From: Tidjanibacter sp.
GTDB taxonomy: Bacteria > Bacteroidota > Bacteroidia > Bacteroidales > Rikenellaceae
Length of the DNA stretch: 64,000 nt
Reading direction: 5' to 3'
Assembly (NCBI GenBank): GCA_017390585.1
Contig: JAFPBB010000042.1
Coordinates: 5,923-69,922, forward strand
Shown piece after piece: positions 39,258-48,922 of this stretch. Both the position numbers and the translations under genes were made by a program. The notes beneath the pieces are model-generated. The model did no database searches and had not been told where the DNA came from. It worked only from the letters and a program-made list of their open reading frames with translations. The stretch's first letter is position 1. Each line of letters starts with the position of its first letter.

Positions 39258-39282
39258 GATAAATTATTAGCTATAAATTGAA

Positions 39283-39750
39283 ATGAAAGTAGGCGTTGTA
39301 ATGGGCTCGACGAGCGACTGGGGTGTTATGTCGGGCGCGACTGCCATTTTGGAGCAGTTCGGAATTGAATATGAAAAGAAAGTCTTGAGCGCACATCGCA
39401 CTCCTGCCGCACTCGAAGAGTGGGTGGCAGGTGCAAGAGAACGTGGTTTGGCCGCAATTATTGCCGGCGCAGGCGGCGCTGCTCACTTGGCAGGTGTGGT
39501 TGCAGCATTCACAACTCTTCCCGTAATCGGTGTGCCCATCAAGTCGCGTTCGCTCGAAGGTCTGGACTCGTTGCTCTCGATGGTGCAGATGCCCTCGGGT
39601 ATTCCTGTGGCAACCGTAGGCATCGACGGCGCCAAAAATGCAGCCCTACTTGCTGTGGCAATGATGGCTGTGACCGATGAAGAACTGAAAATCAAACTCG
39701 ACGATTTCCGCGCCGAGCAGGCTAAAAAGGTTCTCGAATCGGAGATCTAA
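39283..39750 (+). CDS. purE: N5-CAIR mutase / AIR carboxylase PurE
   Basis: [39 protein letters not shown]. Confidence 0.95.
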   Translation: MKVGVVMGSTSDWGVMSGATAILEQFGIEYEKKVLSAHRTPAALEEWVAGARERGLAAIIAGAGGAAHLAGVVAAFTTLPVIGVPIKSRSLEGLDSLLSMVQMPSGIPVATVGIDGAKNAALLAVAMMAVTDEELKIKLDDFRAEQAKKVLESEI

Positions 39751-39816
39751 TCCCAATACTGCCGCTTAGGCAACCCAAACAAACGATTATCCACACTACC
39801 CATTCATAGAAACGGA

Positions 39817-42800
39817 ATGAAAACCTACCGCTTATTCGTAGAGAAACGTGAGCCCTTCAGGGTGGAGGCCGAGAGTCTCCGTCGTGAACTCAACTCCAAT
39901 CTCGGACTCAATATCTCATCTCTCAGACTGCTGTGTGTCTACGACCTCTTTGGCTTCACCGATGAACTCGTGGAGAAGAGTAGCTACAAGGTGTTTGGAG
40001 AGAAGGCTACCGACACTGTCTCAGGTGAGGTAGATTTCAAAGGAATGCCCCACTTGGCCATTGAGTGCCTCCCCGGTCAGTTCGACCAGCGAGCTGCCTC
40101 GGCTGTGGAGTGCGTGAAACTGCTCGAGCCCACCGCAGATGTGGAGATTCGCAGCGCAAAACTCCTCATTTTCGACAATGGCGTTGGTGAGCAGGAGATG
40201 GAGAAGATTGCACGCTACTGCATCAATACCGTGGAGTCGAGGGAGAAGAACCTCGACGTGCTTGTGCCTGCCGAGAGAGCTACGGCCAAGAGTGTTGAGA
40301 TTCTCGATGGCTTCCGCTACATCACTCGCGAGGATGCTACGAGCTACTGCAAGGAGAAGGGACTCGCTATGAATGGTGACGACTTGATGGAGGTGGTGAG
40401 GTATTTCACCGCAGAGGGTAGGGACCCCAACGAGACCGAATTGAGGATTCTCGACACCTACTGGAGCGACCACTGCCGCCACACTACCTTCACAACCGAG
40501 CTGACGGACATTATCGTGGAGGATTCGTTTGTGTCGGACGACATTAAAGACGCCGTCGATATGTGGCGAAACATCCGCAGGAAACTTGGCCGCGAGGGCA
40601 AGAGCCTCTGCTTGATGGATCTCGCCACCATCGGCGCGAGGTATCTCAAGAAGCAGGGCCTGCTCGACGATATGGAGCAGAGCGAGGAGAACAACGCTTG
40701 CAGCATCTACATCGACGTGGATGTGGATGGTAAGCCCGAGCGTTGGTTGCTGATGTTCAAGAATGAGACCCACAACCATCCCACCGAGATTGAGCCCTTT
40801 GGTGGTGCATCGACCTGCTTGGGTGGCGCAATCCGCGACCCGCTGAGTGGTCGTAGCTACGTCTATCAGGCTATGAGGGTGACTGGTGCGGGTAATATCT
40901 ACCTTCCTGTGGAGGAGACCCTGAAGGGCAAACTGCCCCAGAGGGTTATCTCCGTCAGGGCCGCTGCAGGCTACTCTTCCTATGGCAACCAGATTGGCTT
41001 GGCAACCACCCACGTTAGGGAGATTTACCACCCCGACTATGTCGCTAAACGTCTTGAGATTGGTGCCGTTGTAGGCGCCGTTAAGGCGGAGAATGTGCGA
41101 CGCGAGACCCCCGAAGAGGGCGACATCATCTTGATGTTTGGTGGCCGCACCGGCCGAGATGGCATCGGTGGTGCTACCGGTTCGTCGAAGGAGCACAATG
41201 CATCTTCGATTGAGGAGTGTGGTAGTGAGGTGCAGAAGGGTAATGCACCCGAGGAGAGGAAAATTGCACGTCTCTTCCGCCGTCCCGAGGTTACCCGACT
41301 GATTAAGAAATCCAACGACTTTGGTGCAGGTGGTGTCAGTGTGGCTATTGGTGAGCTTACCGATGGCTTGGATATCTATCTCGACAGAGTCCCCACAAAA
41401 TATAGCGGCCTGAATGCCACCGAAATCGCCATCAGCGAGTCGCAGGAGCGAATGTCGGTGGTGGTGGATGCCAAAGACCGCCAGGAGTTTGAAACCTACT
41501 GCCACGAGGAGAATATAGAGGTGACCCACGTTGCCAATGTGACCTCTACGGGCCGTATGAGAATGTTCTATGGCGACAAGGTTGTGGCCGACCTGAGCAG
41601 GGAGTTTATCGACTCTGCAGGTGCACGCCACTATGCATCGGCCATTGTTGGCGAAGTGGAGGATAGGAATCCCTTTGTGCGCGAGATTGAGGGCGCAACT
41701 CTGGAGGATAAGTTCCACACCATTCTTGCCGACCCCAATGTCACCTCGCAGAAGGGTCTTATTGAGATGTTCGACTCGAGCATTGGCCGCTCCACCGTGT
41801 TGATGCCATTCGGTGGCAAGACCCAGCGCACAGAGTCGCAGGTGAGCGTACAGAGGCTCCCCGTGGGCAATCATATCACTAATACTGCGAGCCTTATGGC
41901 CTTTGGCTTCAATCCCTACTTGAGTAGCTGGAGCCCCTATCACGGTGCCGCCTATGCTGTTGTGGAGGCCGTGGCAAAGGCTGTGGCTGCAGGTGCAGAG
42001 TATGATAAGATGAGGTTTACCTATCAGGAGTATTTCGAGAAGATGGCGAGCTCAAAGGCTTGGGGAAAACCCCTCGCGGCTCTGCTTGGCGCACTGCGTA
42101 TGCAGGTGGCCCTCGGTCTTCCCTCCATCGGAGGTAAGGACTCTATGAGCGGCACCTTTGCCAGCATCAGCGTGCCCCCGACCTTGGTTGCGTTTGGTGT
42201 GACCGCCATCGATAGCAGGGTTGTGATTAGCCCCGAGTGGAAAAAAGCCGGCAGCTACCTCTATCTTGTGCGCCACACTCCGCTGACAAACTATATGCCC
42301 GACACTGCCGAACTCATTGATATCTACGAGACCGTGCGCCACAAAATATTCTCGGGCGCAATTACCTCTGCATATGCCATTGGTTTCGGCGGCGTGGCTG
42401 AGGCTCTGGCTAAGATGAGCTTTGGCAACTGCATTGGCGCCGAAGTGAATGTGAACGAGGCAGACCTCTTTAGCTTTGGCTATGGCTCCATCTTGGTGGA
42501 GAGCAATCGAGAGTTGGACTATCCCCACTTTGAGTTGCTGGGTTGCACAAACGACACGAATGTGCTGAAAGTGAACGGCACAGAGATGAGCATAGAGTCG
42601 CTGTGTGAGGTGAATAGGCTCAAATTTACCGAGATTTACCCCGATCGTAGTGGAGTGAAAGGTGAGGTTGAGAATGCCACCTCGGGTGAGAATAAGTGCC
42701 GCTATGCAGGCGAAGCAGTGGAGCACCCTGTGGTGTATCTCCCTGTATTCCCCGGCACCAACTGCGACTACGATATGGCCAAGGCCTTCGAGCGAGAGGG

Positions 42801-43524
42801 CGCAATCATCACCACATCTGTGTTCCGCAACCTCACAGCAGAGGATATCGACCGCTCCACCGAGGAGATGGCTGCACACATCGACAACTGCCACATTTTG
42901 GCAATCAGTGGCGGCTTCTCGGCAGGTGATGAGCCCGATGGTAGCGGTAAGTTTATTGCCAATGTGTTGCAAAACCAGAGGGTTAAGGATGCAATCGGCC
43001 GTCTTGATGAGAGGGGTGGCCTGATTCTGGGTATCTGCAACGGTTTCCAAGCACTCGTCAAGTCGGGCTTGCTTCCCTTTGGTAAAATTGGTGAGCTCAC
43101 TGAGGAGTCGCCCACCTTGTTCCACAACGACATCAACCGCCACATCTCGCAGGTGGTAACCACAAGGGTGGCATCTGTGGCTTCTCCCTGGCTTGAGGGC
43201 TTCGAATTGGGTGAACTCCACTCGATTGCAGCCTCGCACGGCGAGGGTAGGTTTGTGGCAAGTGCCGAGTTGGCTGCCCAGCTGAGGGCCAATGGTCAGA
43301 TTGCTTTCCAATATGCCGACGCTGCGGGTAACGCAACGATGAACTCGCCCGAAAACCCCAACGGCTCCACCGAGGCAATCGAGGGTATCATTTCACTCGA
43401 GGGTAGGGTGCTTGGCAAGATGGGTCACTCGGAACGCTACGAGGAGGGCTTGATGAAGAATATCGCTGGCAACAAGGAGCAAAACCTCTTCCGCAATGCG
43501 ATGAACTACTTTCGCAAGAAATAA
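39817..43524 (+). CDS. purL: Phosphoribosylformylglycinamidine synthase, single-chain large form
   Basis: YWSDHCRH, KNETHNHPT, GGKDSMSG; C-terminal glutaminase with FPGTNC, LGICNGFQ, MGHSER. Confidence 0.95.
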   Translation: MKTYRLFVEKREPFRVEAESLRRELNSNLGLNISSLRLLCVYDLFGFTDELVEKSSYKVFGEKATDTVSGEVDFKGMPHLAIECLPGQFDQRAASAVECVKLLEPTADVEIRSAKLLIFDNGVGEQEMEKIARYCINTVESREKNLDVLVPAERATAKSVEILDGFRYITREDATSYCKEKGLAMNGDDLMEVVRYFTAEGRDPNETELRILDTYWSDHCRHTTFTTELTDIIVEDSFVSDDIKDAVDMWRNIRRKLGREGKSLCLMDLATIGARYLKKQGLLDDMEQSEENNACSIYIDVDVDGKPERWLLMFKNETHNHPTEIEPFGGASTCLGGAIRDPLSGRSYVYQAMRVTGAGNIYLPVEETLKGKLPQRVISVRAAAGYSSYGNQIGLATTHVREIYHPDYVAKRLEIGAVVGAVKAENVRRETPEEGDIILMFGGRTGRDGIGGATGSSKEHNASSIEECGSEVQKGNAPEERKIARLFRRPEVTRLIKKSNDFGAGGVSVAIGELTDGLDIYLDRVPTKYSGLNATEIAISESQERMSVVVDAKDRQEFETYCHEENIEVTHVANVTSTGRMRMFYGDKVVADLSREFIDSAGARHYASAIVGEVEDRNPFVREIEGATLEDKFHTILADPNVTSQKGLIEMFDSSIGRSTVLMPFGGKTQRTESQVSVQRLPVGNHITNTASLMAFGFNPYLSSWSPYHGAAYAVVEAVAKAVAAGAEYDKMRFTYQEYFEKMASSKAWGKPLAALLGALRMQVALGLPSIGGKDSMSGTFASISVPPTLVAFGVTAIDSRVVISPEWKKAGSYLYLVRHTPLTNYMPDTAELIDIYETVRHKIFSGAITSAYAIGFGGVAEALAKMSFGNCIGAEVNVNEADLFSFGYGSILVESNRELDYPHFELLGCTNDTNVLKVNGTEMSIESLCEVNRLKFTEIYPDRSGVKGEVENATSGENKCRYAGEAVEHPVVYLPVFPGTNCDYDMAKAFEREGAIITTSVFRNLTAEDIDRSTEEMAAHIDNCHILAISGGFSAGDEPDGSGKFIANVLQNQRVKDAIGRLDERGGLILGICNGFQALVKSGLLPFGKIGELTEESPTLFHNDINRHISQVVTTRVASVASPWLEGFELGELHSIAASHGEGRFVASAELAAQLRANGQIAFQYADAAGNATMNSPENPNGSTEAIEGIISLEGRVLGKMGHSERYEEGLMKNIAGNKEQNLFRNAMNYFRKK

Positions 43525-43567
43525 AAGAAAATAAGTTACATAAATAATACAAAAAACATTATCAGGT

Positions 43568-44281
43568 ATGAAACAGTTGGATATGCTCTACGAGGGCAAA
43601 GCAAAACAGGTATTTGCTACAGATGAGGAAGATAAAGTGATCATTCACTACAAAGATGCCGCTACCGCTTTCAATAACATCAAGAAAGCAACCATCGAGA
43701 ACAAAGGTGTGTTGAACAACAAGATCTCCACCATCGTATTCCACTATCTGCAGGCAAAGGGTATCCCCACACACTACATCGAAACCCTCAATGAGCGCGA
43801 CCAACTCTGTCTGAGAGTCTCCATTCTCCCCTTGGAGGTTATCGTGCGTAACGTCATTGCTGGTTCGATGGCAAAACGCCTCGGCATTGAGGAGGGTACC
43901 AAAGCCCCCAACACCATTTTTGAGATTTGCTACAAAGATGACGCGCTGGGCGATCCCCTGATTAACGACCACCACGCTGTGGCTCTGGGCGCTGCCACCT
44001 ACGAGGAGTTGGCCGAGATCTACGCCCTTACCGCACGCATCAATGAGGCTCTGATTGAGATGTTTGCAAGCATCAACATCCGCCTCGTGGACTTCAAGAT
44101 CGAGTTCGGTAAGACCGCCGACGGCAAGATTGTTTTGGCAGACGAGATTAGCCCCGACACCTGCCGCCTCTGGGATGCAACCACCAACGAGAAACTCGAT
44201 AAAGACCGTTTCCGCAGGGATATGGGCAAGGTCATCGAGGCCTATGAGGAGATTAACGCACGTTTGAATACCATTAAATAA
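43568..44281 (+). CDS. purC: SAICAR synthase
   Basis: [43 protein letters not shown]. Confidence 0.96.
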   Translation: MKQLDMLYEGKAKQVFATDEEDKVIIHYKDAATAFNNIKKATIENKGVLNNKISTIVFHYLQAKGIPTHYIETLNERDQLCLRVSILPLEVIVRNVIAGSMAKRLGIEEGTKAPNTIFEICYKDDALGDPLINDHHAVALGAATYEELAEIYALTARINEALIEMFASINIRLVDFKIEFGKTADGKIVLADEISPDTCRLWDATTNEKLDKDRFRRDMGKVIEAYEEINARLNTIK

Positions 44282-44290
44282 TTCCGAGCT

Positions 44291-45739
44291 ATGAGCTCAT
44301 CCGAAGATAATAGAAGAGAGGAGAGATCTCTGCACGAGGAGTGCGGCGTGTTCGGCATCTACGGCTCCGATGACGCATCCAACATCTGCTACTATGGCCT
44401 CCACGCATTGCAGCATAGGGGCCAGGAGGGTTGTGGCATTGTCAGCACCGAGGGCGAGGAACTGAAATACATCAAAGGTCCCGGACTCGTCAACAACGTA
44501 TTCAACGAGCAGAACCTCAAGAGTCTCAAGGGTAAGATTTCCATCGGTCAGGTGCTCTATACCAATGCCGGCGGTGGCGAAGTGGCGGAGAACATTCAGC
44601 CCATCGTATTCCATCACGGCACGGGCGATTTTGCCATTTCGTATAATGGTAAATTGGTTAATGCCAGCCGATTGAGAAAATATCTTGAAGATAAGGGTAG
44701 CCTATTCTTGACATCCTCCGACTGCGAACTTATTGCCAACCTCATCAAGAAAGACGCCGCACAAGCTCACGTCGATAGGATTCACTCCATTATGGAGGCC
44801 CTGAATATGGTTGAGGGTGCATTCGCCTTCCTGATTATGACCGGTAAGCGCATCTACGCTTGCAGGGATAAGCACGGCCTCAAACCCCTCTCGCTCGGCA
44901 GGCTCAAAGATGGTAGCTGGGTGGTGGCAAGTGAGACGTGTGCATTTGAGGTGATTGGTGCCGATTATATTCGCGATGTAGAACCCGGCGAGATCCTGTC
45001 GATAGACCACCACGGCATCCGTAGCAACCACTTCTCGAGCTTCAAACACCACAATATGTGCTCGATGGAGTATATCTATTTCGCGCGCCCCGATAGCGAC
45101 ATTGACGGTTGCAACGTCCACACCTTCCGCAAGGAGAGTGGCAAGTTGCTCTATCAGGAGTCGCACGTGGATGCAGATATAGTTATAGGTGTGCCCGACT
45201 CGAGCTTGAGCGCAGCTATTGGCTATGCCGAGGCAAGCGGCATTCCCTACGAGATGGGACTTGTGAAGAGTAAGTATGTTGCTCGCACCTTCATTCAGCC
45301 CTCTCAAAGTATGAGGGAGAAGGGTGTGAGGATGAAACTCTCGGCAGTGAGGAGCATTGTGGGTGGCAAAAGAGTGGTTATGGTAGACGACTCCATTGTC
45401 CGCGGTACCACCTCGAAACGCATCGTTAGGCTCTTGAAAGAGGCCGGAGCAACGGAAGTGCACGTTAGGATTGCCTCGCCCGCGATGACCCACCCCTGCT
45501 ATTATGGTGTGGATACCTCGACGGAGGACGAACTCATATCTGCAAAGTTGAGCGTCGAAGAGGTGAGGGATTATATCGGTGCCGATTCGCTCGCATTCCT
45601 TTCGACCAAGGCGTTGATGGCTTCGGGCAATAGGTGTGAGATGTGTATGGCTTGCTTCGATGGCAAATATCCCACGGATCTTTACCAGACCGATGAGGAA
45701 TCCACCCTCTATAAGCGTTATCAGAAAAATCAGAAATAG
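44291..45739 (+). CDS. purF: Amidophosphoribosyltransferase (propeptide and Fe-S type) with altered glutamine-binding motifs
   Basis: HEE/CGVFG, LQHRGQE, EYIYFARPDS, VDDSIVRGTT; Fe-S cysteines in CSME, PCYYG, CMAC. Confidence 0.92.
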   Translation: MSSSEDNRREERSLHEECGVFGIYGSDDASNICYYGLHALQHRGQEGCGIVSTEGEELKYIKGPGLVNNVFNEQNLKSLKGKISIGQVLYTNAGGGEVAENIQPIVFHHGTGDFAISYNGKLVNASRLRKYLEDKGSLFLTSSDCELIANLIKKDAAQAHVDRIHSIMEALNMVEGAFAFLIMTGKRIYACRDKHGLKPLSLGRLKDGSWVVASETCAFEVIGADYIRDVEPGEILSIDHHGIRSNHFSSFKHHNMCSMEYIYFARPDSDIDGCNVHTFRKESGKLLYQESHVDADIVIGVPDSSLSAAIGYAEASGIPYEMGLVKSKYVARTFIQPSQSMREKGVRMKLSAVRSIVGGKRVVMVDDSIVRGTTSKRIVRLLKEAGATEVHVRIASPAMTHPCYYGVDTSTEDELISAKLSVEEVRDYIGADSLAFLSTKALMASGNRCEMCMACFDGKYPTDLYQTDEESTLYKRYQKNQK

Positions 45740-45775
45740 AGAAATTGAAATAATTTAACAGAGATAAATAGTAGT

Positions 45776-46801
45776 ATGGCAAAGAGTTACGAGGCTTCGG
45801 GTGTGAATCTCGAGGCAGGCTACGAGGTTGTCAGCCGCATCAAAAAACACGTTGCTTCAACCCAACGAGAGGGCTCTATGGGTAATATCGGTTCCTTCGG
45901 AGGTATGTTTGACCTCGGCTCGCTCGGCTATGAGCACCCCGTATTGGTCAGCGGTACCGACGGCGTGGGCACCAAGCTCAAATTGGCATTTGAGATGGAC
46001 AAACACGACACCATCGGCATCGACGCAGTGGCAATGTGTGTGAATGATGTGTTGGCACAGGGTGCCGAGCCACTCATCTTCCTCGACTACGTTGCAGTGG
46101 GCAAAAACCACCCTGCAACTGTGGAGGCCATCGTTTCGGGTGTTGCTGAGGGTTGCCGTCAGGCAGGTTGCGCACTCGTGGGTGGTGAGACCGCCGAAAT
46201 GCCCGGTATGTATGGCGAGGGCGAGTATGACATTGCCGGTTTCACCGTGGGCGCAGTGGAGAAATCGAAACTCATCGACTGCTCCAAAGTGGCTGTGGGC
46301 GATGTGCTCGTGGGCGTGGCTTCGAGTGGAGTCCACTCCAACGGCTTCAGCTTGGTGAGGAAAATCGTTGCCGATAATGGCCTGAAACTCAACGAAAAGT
46401 ATGAGGAGACAGGCGAACAGACTCTCGGCGAAATGTTGCTCACTCCCACAAAAATCTACATCAAACAGATGCATAAGGTCTTTGCCGAGGTGGATGTACA
46501 CGGATTGGCACACATCACCGGTGGCGGCTTCGATGAGAATATCCCCCGCATCCTCAAAGAGGGCCAGGGCGTAGAGGTTCAGGAGGGTAGCTGGGAGATT
46601 CTTCCCGTGTTCCGAATGCTCGAGAAATATGGCAAGGTGCCTCATAGGGAGATGTTCAACATCTTTAATATGGGTATCGGTATGGTTGTGGCAGTCGAGG
46701 AAAAGGATGCTGCAAAGGTTATCGAGATCCTTACCGAGTGTGGCGAGAGGGCAAGTGTGATTGGCCGCGTTGTTGAAGGCGAAGGTGTAAAAATGTTGTA
46801 G
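45776..46801 (+). CDS. purM: AIR synthase
   Basis: [46 protein letters not shown]. Confidence 0.96.
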   Translation: MAKSYEASGVNLEAGYEVVSRIKKHVASTQREGSMGNIGSFGGMFDLGSLGYEHPVLVSGTDGVGTKLKLAFEMDKHDTIGIDAVAMCVNDVLAQGAEPLIFLDYVAVGKNHPATVEAIVSGVAEGCRQAGCALVGGETAEMPGMYGEGEYDIAGFTVGAVEKSKLIDCSKVAVGDVLVGVASSGVHSNGFSLVRKIVADNGLKLNEKYEETGEQTLGEMLLTPTKIYIKQMHKVFAEVDVHGLAHITGGGFDENIPRILKEGQGVEVQEGSWEILPVFRMLEKYGKVPHREMFNIFNMGIGMVVAVEEKDAAKVIEILTECGERASVIGRVVEGEGVKML

Positions 46802-47359
46802 ATGAAGAGGTTGGCCATATTTGCGAGCGGAAGTGGCTCGAACTTCGAAGCTATAGCCGAGGGTTGCCGCAGCGGTGCCATTGTGGGTGCCGAGGTGGTG
46901 CTCTGCGTGTGTGACAAGGCTGGTGCCTACGTCATCGAAAGAGCAAAGAAATTTGGGGTGGAGACCCTTGTGTTCAATCCCAAGGAGTTCGGCTCAAAGA
47001 GAGAGTTCGAGGGTATGATTGCCGATAGGATGGATGCGCTTGGCGTGGACCTCGTCTGCTTGGCCGGCTATATGCGTATCATTGGCGACGAACTGCTCGA
47101 GAGATATGGCGGCAAGATCATCAACATCCATCCCGCACTGCTCCCTGCATTCCCTGGTGCCCACGGTATTAGGGATGCCTTTGAGTATGGCGTGAAGGTC
47201 TATGGCGTGACAATCCACTATGTGGATGCCACGCTCGATGGTGGCAAAATCATCTCCCAAGTGGCAGTGCCCTATGAGGGTGACGACATCGAAGAACTTG
47301 AGGCTATGATTCACAAGGCCGAACACAAATTGTATGTAGAAACGATTAATAAGTTATAA
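46802..47359 (+). CDS. purN: GAR formyltransferase
   Basis: ASGSGSNF, LAGYMRI, INIHPALLP, D..LDGG. Confidence 0.95.
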   Translation: MKRLAIFASGSGSNFEAIAEGCRSGAIVGAEVVLCVCDKAGAYVIERAKKFGVETLVFNPKEFGSKREFEGMIADRMDALGVDLVCLAGYMRIIGDELLERYGGKIINIHPALLPAFPGAHGIRDAFEYGVKVYGVTIHYVDATLDGGKIISQVAVPYEGDDIEELEAMIHKAEHKLYVETINKL

Positions 47360-47369
47360 GTTTAGGATA

Positions 47370-48899
47370 ATGAGAGCTTTAGTTAGCGTAAGCGATAAGA
47401 GGGGAGTGGTGGAGTTTGCCACAGCCCTCGTTGAAATGGGTTGGGAGATTATCTCCACAAGTGGCACTTTGGCTGCATTGCGTAATAGCGGCCTGAAGGT
47501 GACCAACATCAGCGATGTAACCGGTTTCCCCGAGATTTGCGAGGGCCGAGTTAAAACCCTCCACCCCAAAGTACACGGAGGTTTGTTGGCTCGTAGAGAC
47601 AAAGAGGACCATATGGCACAGCTTGCTGAAAACGGCATTGAGACCATCGATATGGTCTGCGTAAACCTCTACCCCTTTGAGGCAACCATCGCAAAGGAGA
47701 ATGTGACTATGGAGGAGGCTGTGGAGAATATCGACATCGGTGGTCCTTCGATGTTGCGCTCGGCTGCCAAGAACTACGCTTCGGTGAGCGTTGTGTGCGA
47801 CCCAGATGACTACGCTCAGGTGCTCGAGGAGATTCGTGAGTACGGCAACACCAAGCCCGAGACCCGACTGATGCTCTCCGCAAAGGCCTATACCCACACA
47901 GCTCTCTACGACAGCCACATTGCAACCTATATGCGTAGGGCTGCGGGTATGAGTGAGAAACTGTTCCTCAATTTCGACGCCGTGCAGAGCTTACGTTATG
48001 GCGAGAACCCCCATCAGAGTGCAACCTTCTATAAGGCCGGCAAGGAGTATGCCTACTCGGTGGCTCACGCCAAGCAACTCGGTGGCAAGGAGCTCTCGTA
48101 CAACAATATTCAAGACGCCAATGCTGCCTTGCAGATTGTTAGGGAGTTCGATGTTCCCTTCTGCGTGGGTCTCAAGCATATGAATCCTTGTGGTGCAGGC
48201 ATTGGTAAGGATATTGCTGAGGCTTGGAGCAGGGCCTATGAGGCCGATAAGGTGAGCATCTATGGTGGCATTGTGGCAATGAACCGTCCTCTCACCGCCG
48301 AGGTGGCCAAGATGATGAAGCCCATCTTCTTGGAGATTGTTATGGCACCTTCGTTTGAGCCCGAGGCACTTGAGGTCTTTGCTTCCAAAAAGAACCTCCG
48401 ACTCCTTGAGGTGAAGATGGATAATGTGAAGGAGGCACAGAAGCAATATGTTGGCGTTACGGGCGGTTTGCTCGTGCAGGACGCAGACATCGATTGTCTG
48501 GATATCAAGGAGGAGATGTGTGTGACCGAAAGAAAACCCTCCGCAGAGGAGTTAGAGGATATGAACTTCGGTTGGAGAATCGTTAAACACGTCAAATCCA
48601 ATGCCATAGTCGTTGTGAAAGATGGTATGACCCTCGGCGTGGGTGCTGGTCAGATGAACCGAGTTGGCTCGGCAGAAATTGCACTCAATCAGGCCAAAGC
48701 AGCAGGTGCTGTGGAGGGTCTGGTGTTGGCTTCCGACGGATTCCTTCCCTTTGACGACACTGTGGAATTGGCCTCGAAATATGGCGTTGTAGCAATCGTG
48801 CAGCCTGGTGGCAGCATCCGAGATGAGGATGCAATCAAGAAGGCCAACGAAAAGGGTATCGCAATGCTCTTCACAGGTATGCGCCACTTCAAACACTAA
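47370..48899 (+). CDS. purH: Bifunctional AICAR transformylase / IMP cyclohydrolase
   Basis: ALVSVSDK, GRVKTLHP, IDIGGP, LRYGENPHQ, KHMNPCG, RHFKH. Confidence 0.96.
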   Translation: MRALVSVSDKRGVVEFATALVEMGWEIISTSGTLAALRNSGLKVTNISDVTGFPEICEGRVKTLHPKVHGGLLARRDKEDHMAQLAENGIETIDMVCVNLYPFEATIAKENVTMEEAVENIDIGGPSMLRSAAKNYASVSVVCDPDDYAQVLEEIREYGNTKPETRLMLSAKAYTHTALYDSHIATYMRRAAGMSEKLFLNFDAVQSLRYGENPHQSATFYKAGKEYAYSVAHAKQLGGKELSYNNIQDANAALQIVREFDVPFCVGLKHMNPCGAGIGKDIAEAWSRAYEADKVSIYGGIVAMNRPLTAEVAKMMKPIFLEIVMAPSFEPEALEVFASKKNLRLLEVKMDNVKEAQKQYVGVTGGLLVQDADIDCLDIKEEMCVTERKPSAEELEDMNFGWRIVKHVKSNAIVVVKDGMTLGVGAGQMNRVGSAEIALNQAKAAGAVEGLVLASDGFLPFDDTVELASKYGVVAIVQPGGSIRDEDAIKKANEKGIAMLFTGMRHFKH

Positions 48900-48922
48900 T
48901 GTAAGCGACTCTGTTTGAGACT

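Noticed and set aside
39020-39260. Known purine-pathway riboswitches (guanine, ZTP/pfl, PRPP ykkC type)
   Set aside because: I could not find their hallmark sequences by eye. An Rfam search is still needed to exclude them formally.
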